Virus record (IMG/VR): IMGVR_UViG_2842357229_000002 | Location: 300-64,299 of that record | DNA from: a virus | Strand: one strand, 5' to 3' | DNA length: 64,000 bases | Shown here: positions 18,801 to 28,076 of the stretch, in pieces | Position numbering within the stretch: the stretch's first letter is position 1 | Layout of the letters: each line of letters opens with the position of its first letter | Translations under genes and position numbers: made by a program | The notes under the pieces: generated by a model | Seen by the model: only the letters and a program-made list of their open reading frames with translations | Told to the model about the DNA's origin: nothing | Database searches by the model: none

Positions 18801-19400
18801 TCAGTAATTCGGCCAAACCGGCTGCACGCCGCGCGCCAAGCGTTGGACTTGCTTGCAAAAGTCATCAGTCGGTGACAAAGACTTCTGCATGGCGTCAGAC
18901 CACAGCACGCGGGCGGGTCGTGAGCGCGTTGACTCGCCGGTTACGACGGACAAGGCGAGCGTGAGAGTTGGCGAACTTTCGCCCTGCGCCGCCTCGCTGG
19001 CCTCGTTCACGTGTGAAGCTGTGCCCGCCCAAATCGGCACGACTGCGCCCATTGGTTGGAAATAGTCGTCAAGCGTCGTCAGGCCCATTTGAACGGCGGC
19101 GCCGCGAATATCCGGAATGCTGTCGAGCATCTTGGCGCCGGTTTGCGGGTCAACGCCCGAAACCGTGAAATCAACGCTATCCGCCGTCCCGTTTACTAGA
19201 ACCTCGAGCGTCGGCACGCCAATAAGCTTGCCGCCGCCCACATAGACGGTTCCGTCAGGATCGATGCTGTCGAAGCCGGCGGGGATATCGTTGACGCCAA
19301 ACCACACACGCAACACCGGATCTGTATCTACGCGCAGGAAGATGCCGAGTTGATGGCTACCGCGCATCGCCTCGATAATGTTGGGTGGAATCCAGTCCAT
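18801..19400 (-). CDS. Minor tail / hub-like protein
   Basis: Position in the tail module; YVGGGKL, WSDAMQKSLSPTDDFC pattern. Confidence 0.6.
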   Translation of the reverse strand: MDWIPPNIIEAMRGSHQLGIFLRVDTDPVLRVWFGVNDIPAGFDSIDPDGTVYVGGGKLIGVPTLEVLVNGTADSVDFTVSGVDPQTGAKMLDSIPDIRGAAVQMGLTTLDDYFQPMGAVVPIWAGTASHVNEASEAAQGESSPTLTLALSVVTGESTRSRPARVLWSDAMQKSLSPTDDFCKQVQRLARGVQPVWPNY

Positions 19401-19416
19401 GCGCTCTCCGCCGGGG

Positions 19417-20145
19417 CTAGAACGCCTCCGAAAACTGAATGGTCTGCTGCGTCACGAAGAACGCCTCGACGACAGACGGAAGGGTGAAATCGCCGCGGAA
19501 CTTGGCGACGAAGCGAGGGCGAGCGAACTCGACGCGCGTACCGACGGTCACCGCCTCACGAAGGGGCGGCGCGAGTGCGAGTGTATAGACTGGGTTCTCT
19601 TCGTCGGTGACGCCGAGAACGTCCCAATAGCGGTAGGCTCGCCAGCCCTTCGTCGGGTGGTAAATCGAAAACCAATCAGACCAGCGCAGCGGCCTAGCAA
19701 GCCCGTAGACGCGCATCGAGACGATGCCGGCATTCAGGCTAGCCGCTTCGGTGATCTCGCCCCAGACGGTTGCCTGGCTGTATCCTGTGCCATCCGAAAA
19801 CAACGATCCGTCCGAGTGCGGAATTGGCCGCATGATTGGCGTCGGTATGTTGGCAACCTTGGGGAACGGCCCAAACCAATCGGTGATGATCGGGACATTC
19901 AGAAAGCGGAAACCGCCGTTAAAGCGGGCACCGAGCCAATTGACGTATTCGTATTGTTCCGGCTGGACAATTTTGCAGTCTTCGTAAGTGGCGGTGACAA
20001 GGCCGCCGCCACTCATTTCGATTGTCTGACTTTCACCCGTGCCGTTGCGCCCGCCGTCTATACTTGAGCCGGCGACGTCAAACGTGGTCTTCGCCGGCCC
20101 AAGAAAGTTTGCGGCCAGCGTCGGTAGGCTTGTATAATTGGCCAA
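19417..20145 (-). CDS. Distal-tail-like protein
   Basis: Immediately after the tape measure; LAPPLREAV...VEF..PRF motif. Confidence 0.6.
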   Translation of the reverse strand: MANYTSLPTLAANFLGPAKTTFDVAGSSIDGGRNGTGESQTIEMSGGGLVTATYEDCKIVQPEQYEYVNWLGARFNGGFRFLNVPIITDWFGPFPKVANIPTPIMRPIPHSDGSLFSDGTGYSQATVWGEITEAASLNAGIVSMRVYGLARPLRWSDWFSIYHPTKGWRAYRYWDVLGVTDEENPVYTLALAPPLREAVTVGTRVEFARPRFVAKFRGDFTLPSVVEAFFVTQQTIQFSEAF

Positions 20146-20249
20146 AATAATGCTCCGGGCGGTTGTATTTCGTCGGCGGAAACGCTAGATAGAAGATGAG
20201 CGGTGCGGCCATTCGGCAGCCGTAAACCTTTTTGGTTTCGCTGCACCCC

Positions 20250-23200
20250 TCAACTCTTCCTCGCATTCCACTTGTTCTGGTTTGACCCAAACCCGCCGCG
20301 GACTTGCGAATCGTTGTACTGGCCAAGGCCCTCAGACACGCCTTGCTTCACCAGGCTACGAACATGGTCATCGCCGTTCGCGCCATTGATGTGCACGTTC
20401 AGGACTCCCGGTTCGCCACCGCCAGAGCCAGTCGTTGCCATCCGTGGCGTCAACGATGGCGCACGCGGAGCGGAAACCAATGCAGGCGTTACTAGGCCGC
20501 CCGAGGCAAAGTGAGCGCCCTTGCCGCCATTGATGGCCTCGAGCAGCTTCTTGTTCTTTTTCGTAGCCGAAGCGTTGACGACAAACTCGCCGTTGGAAAG
20601 CCATGCAGGAACGCTATCGCTTGTGCCTGAACCGGGGCCAGAGACGTGGCCGCCGTCTGCGAAGAGGCCGACGCCGCCAGAAGCCAATGCGCCCGCAAAT
20701 TGCGGTGAGGCCGCCGCGACCGAAGAGCCGTAGCTCGTCAGGCCGCCACCAAAGAGGCGCGAGAACAGCCCGCCAATGCCGGCGGATGGTGCGGCAGGGA
20801 AAGCGCCGCCGGCCGCGCCTAGCTGTTGGCCAAGCGTCCCCAACCCATTGCCGAACGTGCCGACATTCTTCGATGCGCCGTCTAGGGCATTGTTGAACTT
20901 GGTGACGTACTGAGGCGTGGTGTTGAAGCCATCGCTTGCAAGGCCAGCCTTGGCCAACGGTCGACCGGAGAACCAAACGCTTGCCGCATCCTGCGGGTTG
21001 CCGAACTTGGAAACGGACGCACCGAAGTTCTTGTTAAAGACAGCATCCTGCGCGCTCGGATTCGACAAGAAGGCGCTTGGCGTCATCGCCGTTCCGGTCG
21101 CGGCTTTTGTCCACGACGGAATGTTTGAACCCATCACCTGATAGGCGCCATAAGCACGGTCGCCACTCTTCATGAGCGGGCCAAGTGCGCTATAGTTCCC
21201 GCCGCTCTCGATCGACTTGATCGCAGATGCGTAGGCAGACATATTGCCGGCAGCTATAGGGTTGCTGCTCGTTGCTGACGAGCCGCTGAACACCTTAGCA
21301 GCAGCCGCGGCACCAGCTACGCCTATCCCCGCACCAGCCCCGCCAGCAGCGTTGCCGCTAGGCAGGAATGCGTTCACCAGCGAGTTAGTCAGCCGCTGGA
21401 TAGCGGCATCACTCGCCTTGGTGAGTGCGCTAAGCAGCGAAGTCTTGATAGCGTCGCCGAGCGCCTTACCGATATTACCGCCATTGCTGACGACGTTATC
21501 GCGGATGCTCGTGAAGAAGCCGTTCACCGTATCCTGCATCTCTGCAATCTGCAGGTTTTGCCTGATGCTCTTCGCTTCTGGCGAATTTGCATCAACTGGC
21601 AGCCCCGCGCCCTGAAGGCGAGACGCGACTTGCTGCTCTTGCGGAGTCCTAAATAGCTGATCTCTCTCGAAAGACAGATCCTTTTTCAGGTTCGCCTTGT
21701 TATAGGCGTCGGTAAGTTGGCCGAGCTCTTGCGACTTCTGCTTGATCAGATCGAGTTCTTTTTGGTCGACCTGCGTACCGTTCTTCGCGGCATCAATCCG
21801 AAGCTGGCTTGTGAGCTCGTATTCTTTCCGAAGCGCCGCAGTCTCGCCGGCCGTCTTGCCGATGAGCGATACTTCAAGCTTTTGGTCTTCGACCGTCTTG
21901 TTGAGTGCTACCGCTCGATCGCGCTGCGCCTCAGTTAGGTCATGCTGAATTTGGATTTCAACAAGCATACCGGCTTGCTGAATACGCTGCTTTCGCGCGT
22001 CCGGCGTTTCGTCATTGTTAAACTGCGCCGCAGCCGACTGACGTGCCGCTTGGGCGCGCTCGAATGGCGATCGGGCGTTGATGCCCGCTTGCTGCGCCGC
22101 GAGCGCTTGGTTGGCCCTAGATGCGGCGATGCGCTGCTGCGTCTGAAACGCGGCATAGTCGCCCATATCGTCGGTGTTCGTCTTGCCTTGCGACAGCAGT
22201 TGGCCGTTTGGCCCAACATTGTTGAACAACAACGCCTTGCGAGCGTCCAGTTCCTTCAACTGAATATTCAGGTTAAGCAGTTCACGGCCAAGGATAATAA
22301 CTTGGTCTGCTACTCTCCCAAGGCCGCTGCTTTTGCCAATCTGCTCGATGTCAGTATTGAACTGAGATAGATCAGGGTGGCCGTCGGCGATGCCAACTTT
22401 CAACCGGTCAATTGCAGCCTGGAACGGCGCGAGAGACTGGCTTGTTTCCTTGCCGTCCTCGCCAAGAACCTTGATGGTGCTGCTGACGGTTAGGGCATTT
22501 TCGCCAAGCGCCTTTACAGCGTCGGCGGTTGCCTGAAGGGCTTGCGGGTTGTCCGAAGATCCAGATAGAATTTGCAGCGTCTTGTCGACGCTCTTGTTGA
22601 ACGTGTCGAGGTCCGGCGCACCATTGCGGGCGCTCTGCAAGAGTGCATCAACGGCAGGCTGGAACTGCGCCTGATCGCCAGGCAACTTCATCAGGCTCTT
22701 GATCGACGTGCCGGTATTGCCGGTAAGAGTCGACGCCCAAGTGTTGTTGCCAGTCAGCGTAGACGAAAACTTATCAGTCTGCTGGCGCGCAACGGCGCGC
22801 ATAACGACTTCGTTGGTACGAAGAATCGCATCAACGCCGCTATTGCCACCAAGGCTCAGCGAAACCTTAATTTCATCGCCGAGCTGGTGATATGCTTCTT
22901 TCAGCAGATCAACGCTGTCAGTGTGCGCCTTTAGCGCGTCGTCCATCGTCTTGAGCGTTTTGGTGGACGACTGGAAATATTGAATAAGCGCGGCGGCGCC
23001 GGCAACCAAGCCGACAGTTACTAACTGAACCGGGCTAACCAGCGAGGCGAACCCGGCGGCGATCCCCTTTATCGCATCCTTGCCGCCACCGAACGTTTGC
23101 AGTGAATCAGCAAGCTGCATACCTTGCTGGAAGCCTACCGTTAATGGTTTTTGGCCACCCAATGCGGATACAAATGTATCCTGAAATTGCGCCGTAATAT

Positions 23201-23699
23201 TAGCCGTTTGCCACGGCCTGGCAGACCGCTCATTTTGCCCAGGCCGTCCCGCCTGCTCAACGGCAGCATTGCGCCCCTTGATTGCGGCAATACTTGCGAG
23301 GGTTGCCTGCCGTTCGCGCGACTGTGCCGCGGTGAATTCTGCCGAACTAATGGCGCCGATCGCGTAAGCGCGCTTCAGGTCTGCCAAGTTCGATTTGTAC
23401 TGATTGATAGTCGAGAACAGCGGATTGTACTTGGCGCGGAGCGCGTCAAGCTGCTTGCCTTGATCGGCAAGCGCGCCGTTCCATTCGTTAGTGGCCTTTG
23501 CGCCAATCCCGACCATGGCGTCGATGCGAGACTGCAGCGCAGTCGTCATCGATCGATCCATGTTCTTGCCGGCGCTATCGAATTTCTTCGATATTTGATC
23601 CGACGCCGTGCCGACGTCGCCGACCAGCTTGGTAAGGGCGCGCTTGACGGTCGTTAAGTCTGTGCTGATCGAAATAATCAGGTCGTCTTGATCAGCCAT
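20250..23699 (-). CDS. Tape measure protein with C-terminal lysozyme-like domain
   Basis: 1149 aa Ala/Gln-rich; QFQD...GQKPLTVGFQQG N-terminal motif; IESGGNY...AYGAYQ; FADGGHVSGPGSGTSDSVPAWLSNGEFVV. Confidence 0.9.
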   Translation of the reverse strand: MADQDDLIISISTDLTTVKRALTKLVGDVGTASDQISKKFDSAGKNMDRSMTTALQSRIDAMVGIGAKATNEWNGALADQGKQLDALRAKYNPLFSTINQYKSNLADLKRAYAIGAISSAEFTAAQSRERQATLASIAAIKGRNAAVEQAGRPGQNERSARPWQTANITAQFQDTFVSALGGQKPLTVGFQQGMQLADSLQTFGGGKDAIKGIAAGFASLVSPVQLVTVGLVAGAAALIQYFQSSTKTLKTMDDALKAHTDSVDLLKEAYHQLGDEIKVSLSLGGNSGVDAILRTNEVVMRAVARQQTDKFSSTLTGNNTWASTLTGNTGTSIKSLMKLPGDQAQFQPAVDALLQSARNGAPDLDTFNKSVDKTLQILSGSSDNPQALQATADAVKALGENALTVSSTIKVLGEDGKETSQSLAPFQAAIDRLKVGIADGHPDLSQFNTDIEQIGKSSGLGRVADQVIILGRELLNLNIQLKELDARKALLFNNVGPNGQLLSQGKTNTDDMGDYAAFQTQQRIAASRANQALAAQQAGINARSPFERAQAARQSAAAQFNNDETPDARKQRIQQAGMLVEIQIQHDLTEAQRDRAVALNKTVEDQKLEVSLIGKTAGETAALRKEYELTSQLRIDAAKNGTQVDQKELDLIKQKSQELGQLTDAYNKANLKKDLSFERDQLFRTPQEQQVASRLQGAGLPVDANSPEAKSIRQNLQIAEMQDTVNGFFTSIRDNVVSNGGNIGKALGDAIKTSLLSALTKASDAAIQRLTNSLVNAFLPSGNAAGGAGAGIGVAGAAAAAKVFSGSSATSSNPIAAGNMSAYASAIKSIESGGNYSALGPLMKSGDRAYGAYQVMGSNIPSWTKAATGTAMTPSAFLSNPSAQDAVFNKNFGASVSKFGNPQDAASVWFSGRPLAKAGLASDGFNTTPQYVTKFNNALDGASKNVGTFGNGLGTLGQQLGAAGGAFPAAPSAGIGGLFSRLFGGGLTSYGSSVAAASPQFAGALASGGVGLFADGGHVSGPGSGTSDSVPAWLSNGEFVVNASATKKNKKLLEAINGGKGAHFASGGLVTPALVSAPRAPSLTPRMATTGSGGGEPGVLNVHINGANGDDHVRSLVKQGVSEGLGQYNDSQVRGGFGSNQNKWNARKS

Positions 23700-23717
23700 A
23701 TAAACTCATCCTATAAT

Positions 23718-23741
23718 AGAAAAGCCCGCGCTAGGCGGGCT
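23718..23741 (-). terminator. Terminator-like hairpin directly upstream of the tape measure gene
   Basis: AGCCCGC ctagc GCGGGCT TTTCT on the minus strand. Confidence 0.5.
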
Positions 23742-23754
23742 CTCCGAGGGTCTG

Positions 23755-24072
23755 ATGAAAACGGGTATGATTTTGTTTGCGGCGCTGATTGCCGGCACCG
23801 CGCACGCTCAACAGATCGTTGATGCGTCTGGGAAGGCCATCGACGAGAAGGTGACCAAGGCCATGTTCTCGGCGCTGACATCTGAAGCGAAAGACCCGCT
23901 TTCAGCACAATTTATTGATTTGAGGTTCGCCAAAAGCCGACCGGAACTGGTGTGCGGCGAAGTGAACCTCAAAAACTCGTTCGGCGCCTACACTGGTTTC
24001 AAGCCGTTTGGCTTCAACACCGAGTACAATAATCTGCTGATGGACCAGAACTTGTCGGACTGCGCGCAGTAG
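23755..24072 (+). CDS. Small exported protein, moron
   Basis: Signal peptide ending AHA; KDPLSAQF...VCGEVNLKNSFGAYTGFKPF; opposite strand inside the tail operon. Confidence 0.7.
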   Translation: MKTGMILFAALIAGTAHAQQIVDASGKAIDEKVTKAMFSALTSEAKDPLSAQFIDLRFAKSRPELVCGEVNLKNSFGAYTGFKPFGFNTEYNNLLMDQNLSDCAQ

Positions 24073-24077
24073 GCGGC

Positions 24078-24248
24078 CTAACCATATTTCGCAATAATCG
24101 CGGCCATTTCGCCTTGTGATGGGCCTGCCGTCTCTTCCTCGCCGCCTTGCGCCTCGTTATGGCCCTTGATTGCGATGAAGAATTCCGTCAGCGTGGCGTC
24201 CCAAAAGTCAACGGGACGCCAGCCTAAGCCGCCGATCCCTGTTTTCAT
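24078..24248 (-). CDS. Tail assembly chaperone, gpT-like part (not in ORF track)
   Basis: MKTGIGGLGWRPVDFWDATLTEF...; in frame with the -1 product of the upstream chaperone. Confidence 0.75.
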   Translation of the reverse strand: MKTGIGGLGWRPVDFWDATLTEFFIAIKGHNEAQGGEEETAGPSQGEMAAIIAKYG

Positions 24249-24280
24249 CCATTGACGCCATGGGAACGCTTCTTCAGGCT

Positions 24281-24643
24281 CTATGCCGCCGGAGCGGCCA
24301 GATCGTTTCCCTCGTCACCGTCGAAGTGGTGCGAAAGAGCCGCCGTGAACGCAGAGGCGCACGCCAGGAAGTGTTTTAGCTTCAGCTTGGCCAAAGCCTC
24401 TATCGCGTCGCCCTTGACTGTGAGCAGCGCTATGGCGGCCTCAGTCGCGGAGACTTCGACGCCGGAAAGACGTGTGAACAGGTCATTCAGCGACTTGCAC
24501 TGTAGGCGGCTGGAAACAGCAGACAGGCCGCCCAATGTTGCCGCAATTACGAGCTCTACGTCGTCAATGACGAGGCGCACTTCGCCGCGCGCCTCGTTGA
24601 CGGTATGCTTGAAAGCGACCACTTTCTTCTCCTCTTTAGCCAT
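24281..24643 (-). CDS. Tail assembly chaperone, gpG-like
   Basis: Follows the tail tube gene; NEARGEV motif; slippery site near its 3' end. Confidence 0.75.
   Translation of the reverse strand: MAKEEKKVVAFKHTVNEARGEVRLVIDDVELVIAATLGGLSAVSSRLQCKSLNDLFTRLSGVEVSATEAAIALLTVKGDAIEALAKLKLKHFLACASAFTAALSHHFDGDEGNDLAAPAA
24305..24311 (-). promoter_or_regulatory. -1 ribosomal frameshift slippery site G GGA AAC
   Basis: Correct X XXY YYZ phase; the -1 frame is open through RSGRSGGIEPEEAFPWRQWMKT to the stop at 24078. Confidence 0.8.
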
Positions 24644-24645
24644 GA

Positions 24646-25077
24646 TTACGCCTCAGCAACGAACGTCAGGACGTCGGCGGCCGTGAATGTGGCGCTGAAA
24701 TCCATGTTCGGCTCGACATCGCCCGAGAAGTTAAAGCTCGTAACGAAGAATGGACCAGAGAATGTGCCGAGGCCGGGTACAACAACCTGCGCATTGAAGG
24801 CAGTGGCGTTGATGACGTGCGTCATGAAGCCGTCCATCGCTGTGCTCGACACGAACGCGCCAGAACCCGTAAAGGTGCGGCTTGCAATGCCCGGTCGGCT
24901 AGTCTTCTGGACTACGTCGCCGGGATTCGTGCACGACGGGATAGTCGTGTCGATCTCGTTGGTGGACATATCGAAGCTGCGGGTTTTCAGTCCGCACAAA
25001 TTAGAAAAAGTTTCCGGGTCGTCGCCCGCGCCCAATTTAATGAGCAATAGTCTTCCGAGTTGCTGGCCGTCTGCCAT
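24646..25077 (-). CDS. Major tail (tube) protein
   Basis: CGLKTRSF...EIDTT..C...FSGPFFVTSF.FSG...FSATF. Confidence 0.85.
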   Translation of the reverse strand: MADGQQLGRLLLIKLGAGDDPETFSNLCGLKTRSFDMSTNEIDTTIPSCTNPGDVVQKTSRPGIASRTFTGSGAFVSSTAMDGFMTHVINATAFNAQVVVPGLGTFSGPFFVTSFNFSGDVEPNMDFSATFTAADVLTFVAEA

Positions 25078-25151
25078 ATCAGGTCTCCAATAGTGTGGTG
25101 GTGGTTAGCGCGGTTGCGCTTGTTTGCCCTTGGTGGGGCTTGCCGCCCGCG

Positions 25152-25562
25152 CTAAGCAGTCGGCTTCTCGACGTATGCCACCAACTCGATGACCACGTGC
25201 GATGTGAGTCCGTCCGGATCGCGAAAGGCGCGGTTCTGGCGGTGATTTATGGAAATCAATCTGTTGGTCGCCAAGGTTAGTGGCGCTAGATGAAGCGACT
25301 CCGCCACAGCATCAGCCACGCGCTTCGCTTCGGGAAATCCGACTGCGCGCGACCATGCGTGGAGCGTGAGATAAACGGCGCCTGCCGAGATGCATGTTGC
25401 ATCGTCGCGGATGAACTGCGCTTCCCCGAGTGTAACATATGGAAATGCCGCCGGATCGGGTGGCTGGTCATATACGCGGCCCTGAACTAGCGTAGTTAGC
25501 GTGGCATCAGCCTTAAGGCGCGCGACCATGGCGGCCTGGAGCTCTAGATCTGGACTGGCCAT
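25152..25562 (-). CDS. Tail terminator (DUF3168)
   Basis: LQAAMVARLKAD..L..LV.GRVYD.PP...FPYVTLG. Confidence 0.85.
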   Translation of the reverse strand: MASPDLELQAAMVARLKADATLTTLVQGRVYDQPPDPAAFPYVTLGEAQFIRDDATCISAGAVYLTLHAWSRAVGFPEAKRVADAVAESLHLAPLTLATNRLISINHRQNRAFRDPDGLTSHVVIELVAYVEKPTA

Positions 25563-25564
25563 GC

Positions 25565-26065
25565 TTACGCTCCGGTCTTATTCATGGCCTCGCGCACGCC
25601 CTTGCGGATGGCTGCCTGAATCTTTTGCTTGGCGGTCTTTTTGTAGGAGCGCCACACAGGAAAAATGTGCGGCTGCGCTTGCGTGCCGGGGTGTTGCGTC
25701 CCGCCGCCAGCCGCATGCGTGGCTTGGCCTAGAGCAGTACCACCGCCCTTTGCTGTGTTGTGCGGTGCGACTCCGAACTCGAGCCAGTTCCACAGAAAAT
25801 CAGCGAATATGCCCGCGGCATCGGGGTCTTTGGTCTGCGTAATGCCTACCTGCTTTGCATTTGGATGATTTTTAAGCAAATCACCGTCAATGCTTTCTGC
25901 ATATTCCAAGGTCGCGCCGCGCGGCGCCGCGGCTCTCATTTTCTCAGCAGCGGCCTCGGCAACCTCGAGTTTTGCAGCGTTGGCGTATTTCGTCGCCGTT
26001 GGCGCCAACTGATCAAGTTTTGCAGTAAGCGCGCCGCGCCCAAGAACCGTAGCCTTCAGCGCCAT
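25565..26065 (-). CDS. HK97 gp10-like neck protein
   Basis: WLEFG...HPGT.AQPHIFP motif. Confidence 0.8.
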   Translation of the reverse strand: MALKATVLGRGALTAKLDQLAPTATKYANAAKLEVAEAAAEKMRAAAPRGATLEYAESIDGDLLKNHPNAKQVGITQTKDPDAAGIFADFLWNWLEFGVAPHNTAKGGGTALGQATHAAGGGTQHPGTQAQPHIFPVWRSYKKTAKQKIQAAIRKGVREAMNKTGA

Positions 26066-26424
26066 TAGGTCGCCACTCCCTGCGTGGCCATCATATCGAT
26101 GTACGCATTCTTTTCGTCTACGTTGGCCGCTGACGTGATGTTGAAGATCCGCGCCTCATTGCGCGCATCAACTGCCCGCCACGCCGTGGCGACCGCCCTT
26201 GCGGCGACGTGGCTGCGAACGCGAATGATGTACGGCTGCACGCCAGTAAGGCGGGCCGCAATCGCGGGCTCGGATCCAGTCAACGGAATGAGCTCTGCTG
26301 CGGCTGTGAATTGGGTGGCGAAATCGCCAGAGACTTCGTTTCCGAATCCATCGTCGACGAGCGCGCGCACTTGAAAGTGTAGCTTCTCGCGGAGTCTTGG
26401 GATGCCTGGTCTTATCGGCGCCAT
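26065..26424 (-). CDS. Head closure / head-tail adaptor
   Basis: LREKLHFQ...DDGFGN...IFNITSAA. Confidence 0.8.
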   Translation of the reverse strand: MAPIRPGIPRLREKLHFQVRALVDDGFGNEVSGDFATQFTAAAELIPLTGSEPAIAARLTGVQPYIIRVRSHVAARAVATAWRAVDARNEARIFNITSAANVDEKNAYIDMMATQGVAT

Positions 26425-26603
26425 TTCAGCCTCCCCAAACCTTCCGGCCGCTCACACAGCACAGCAACGGAGCCGGCCGCCCTCACACATTCATGCGTAA
26501 CCAGATAGCGGCCATCTTTAAGCGGGCCGCCGTCTGGTTTAAAAACGATAGTGACGGCTGGTGTTGCGTGCCAGTTGAAGCGCTCGGTAAAGCGCGCCCA
26601 CAT
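26412..26603 (-). CDS. Hypothetical virion-region protein
   Basis: 63 aa, tightly packed in the operon. Confidence 0.5.
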   Translation of the reverse strand: MWARFTERFNWHATPAVTIVFKPDGGPLKDGRYLVTHECVRAAGSVAVLCERPEGLGRLKWRR

Positions 26604-26604
26604 G

Positions 26605-27009
26605 TTAGAGAGTCACACCGCTATCTTGGATATCAACGGCAAGCACAGTGGCGCTCTTGGCGAGACCGATCAGGATTGTGTCCATGCCGGTTGCAAGGTC
26701 AGCAACAGGGCAGATACCGCCCGCCGTTGCCGACAAATACAGAGCTGCGCCGGGGGTGAGCGTCCCGCCGATCGTGATGTCGCCAGACTTCAGGATAGAA
26801 ACGGGCTGGTTCAAGCTGGCGCCATTGAGGGCAATGCCGTTGACCTGACGCGTGCCAGTGCCGTTGTTGTCAGAGAGCATCCACCGATTGGTGGCCGCGT
26901 TCAGGAAGATGGCCTTGCCTGCGACTATGGTTTCGCCTGCCGTGCCGATGTCGCGGGTGGCGTTGGTGCCGGCTACGACGTTTGCTGGTACTACAACAAT
27001 ATCCGTCAT
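26605..27009 (-). CDS. Putative capsid decoration / cement-like protein
   Basis: Gly/Ala/Thr beta-rich, AGETIVAGKAIFL...GIALNGA...YLSATAGGI. Confidence 0.55.
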   Translation of the reverse strand: MTDIVVVPANVVAGTNATRDIGTAGETIVAGKAIFLNAATNRWMLSDNNGTGTRQVNGIALNGASLNQPVSILKSGDITIGGTLTPGAALYLSATAGGICPVADLATGMDTILIGLAKSATVLAVDIQDSGVTL

Positions 27010-27012
27010 CTA

Positions 27013-27222
27013 TTAAGCCTTCAGAGCAGCGACAATATCAGCCGCGGTAGAGGCGGCACTTAGAGCGGCAATCTGCGACTTAATCTTGATTGCATTCTGT
27101 GCCGTGGCATCGAGACCGGTAACGGTCGAGCCGGCCTTGATCGTCAGCTTGCCGCCGACATCAACTACGAGTTCGTCAGGGCCGTTGAAATGGACATTGG
27201 CCGAATAATCACCTACGGGCAT
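27013..27222 (-). CDS. Hypothetical head-region protein
   Basis: 69 aa between connector and decoration genes. Confidence 0.55.
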   Translation of the reverse strand: MPVGDYSANVHFNGPDELVVDVGGKLTIKAGSTVTGLDATAQNAIKIKSQIAALSAASTAADIVAALKA

Positions 27223-27237
27223 GCTTGCCTCCTTGCG

Positions 27238-27900
27238 TCACGCGAACCTGCCGACGCGATATTTGTTGAGAATGGTTTCCACGGTAAACGGAACCTCGAC
27301 AGCAACGGCGCGCTCTCCAGCGACAACGTTTTCGCGGTTCTCAAACCAATGGCCGAGAAGAAGCAGAAGCGCCGCCTTCAGATCGGCCGGCGTGGATGCG
27401 AATCCGGCGGTAAAGTCGACCTTCACGGCGCCTAGATAGTTGATCGTTATCGGCCACATGCCGCCATAGAGCGGCGAAATTCTTGCTGGCGTCGATTCGA
27501 TGTCAACGACGTATTGGTCTGCCGGAACGATATGCATGGCGCCAGTGTCGTCGGTGTACGAAACTTGCTCAACCGATGTCGTAGGTCCAAGCGGAATCGA
27601 AATCGCACTATAGATGGCGCCAACGTCGAGATACGCGGCGCCGTAGCCGTAAGCGGGGCTGAAACCGTTGATCAGATTGCGCGAATAGAAGCTGTCCAGC
27701 GATAGGCGCCACTTCTGCGGCGTCAACGCCAACCCAATACCGTTCGGACCCTCTACAAAGGCCGTCACTGCATCAAGCAATAGCTGAATGTGCTCGTCTT
27801 CGTCGTCGTGGTAGATCCGGAGATGTCGCTTGGCTGTATCTAGATCGATCGGTGCGGTTGCTGGACCATCCAGAAGGGTAAGCCTTGACCAATCGGTCAT
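27238..27900 (-). CDS. Head-tail connector (gp6-like)
   Basis: PIDLDTAKRHLRI...DED...LKAALLLLLGHWFENRE. Confidence 0.9.
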   Translation of the reverse strand: MTDWSRLTLLDGPATAPIDLDTAKRHLRIYHDDEDEHIQLLLDAVTAFVEGPNGIGLALTPQKWRLSLDSFYSRNLINGFSPAYGYGAAYLDVGAIYSAISIPLGPTTSVEQVSYTDDTGAMHIVPADQYVVDIESTPARISPLYGGMWPITINYLGAVKVDFTAGFASTPADLKAALLLLLGHWFENRENVVAGERAVAVEVPFTVETILNKYRVGRFA

Positions 27901-28067
27901 TTCTTAGCCCTCCGAGCTGGCTTAGCGGTCTCTTCAGCCACGTCTTCGGCAACGGCTAAGCCGCGCTCAACCAAACGCAATGCGTCGGCATCATCCCACT
28001 CCACGACCTTGCCGGCTTTGTAATGCCTCATGACGCCAGAAAGCGCCGTAAGCAGTCGAATACGCAA
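27897..28067 (-). CDS. Small head-associated protein (not in ORF track)
   Basis: TTG start with GGAGG RBS; MRIRLLTALSG...DADALRLVERGLAV; ATGA overlap with the connector gene. Confidence 0.6.
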   Translation of the reverse strand: MRIRLLTALSGVMRHYKAGKVVEWDDADALRLVERGLAVAEDVAEETAKPARRAKK

Positions 28068-28076
28068 AGGCGCCTC

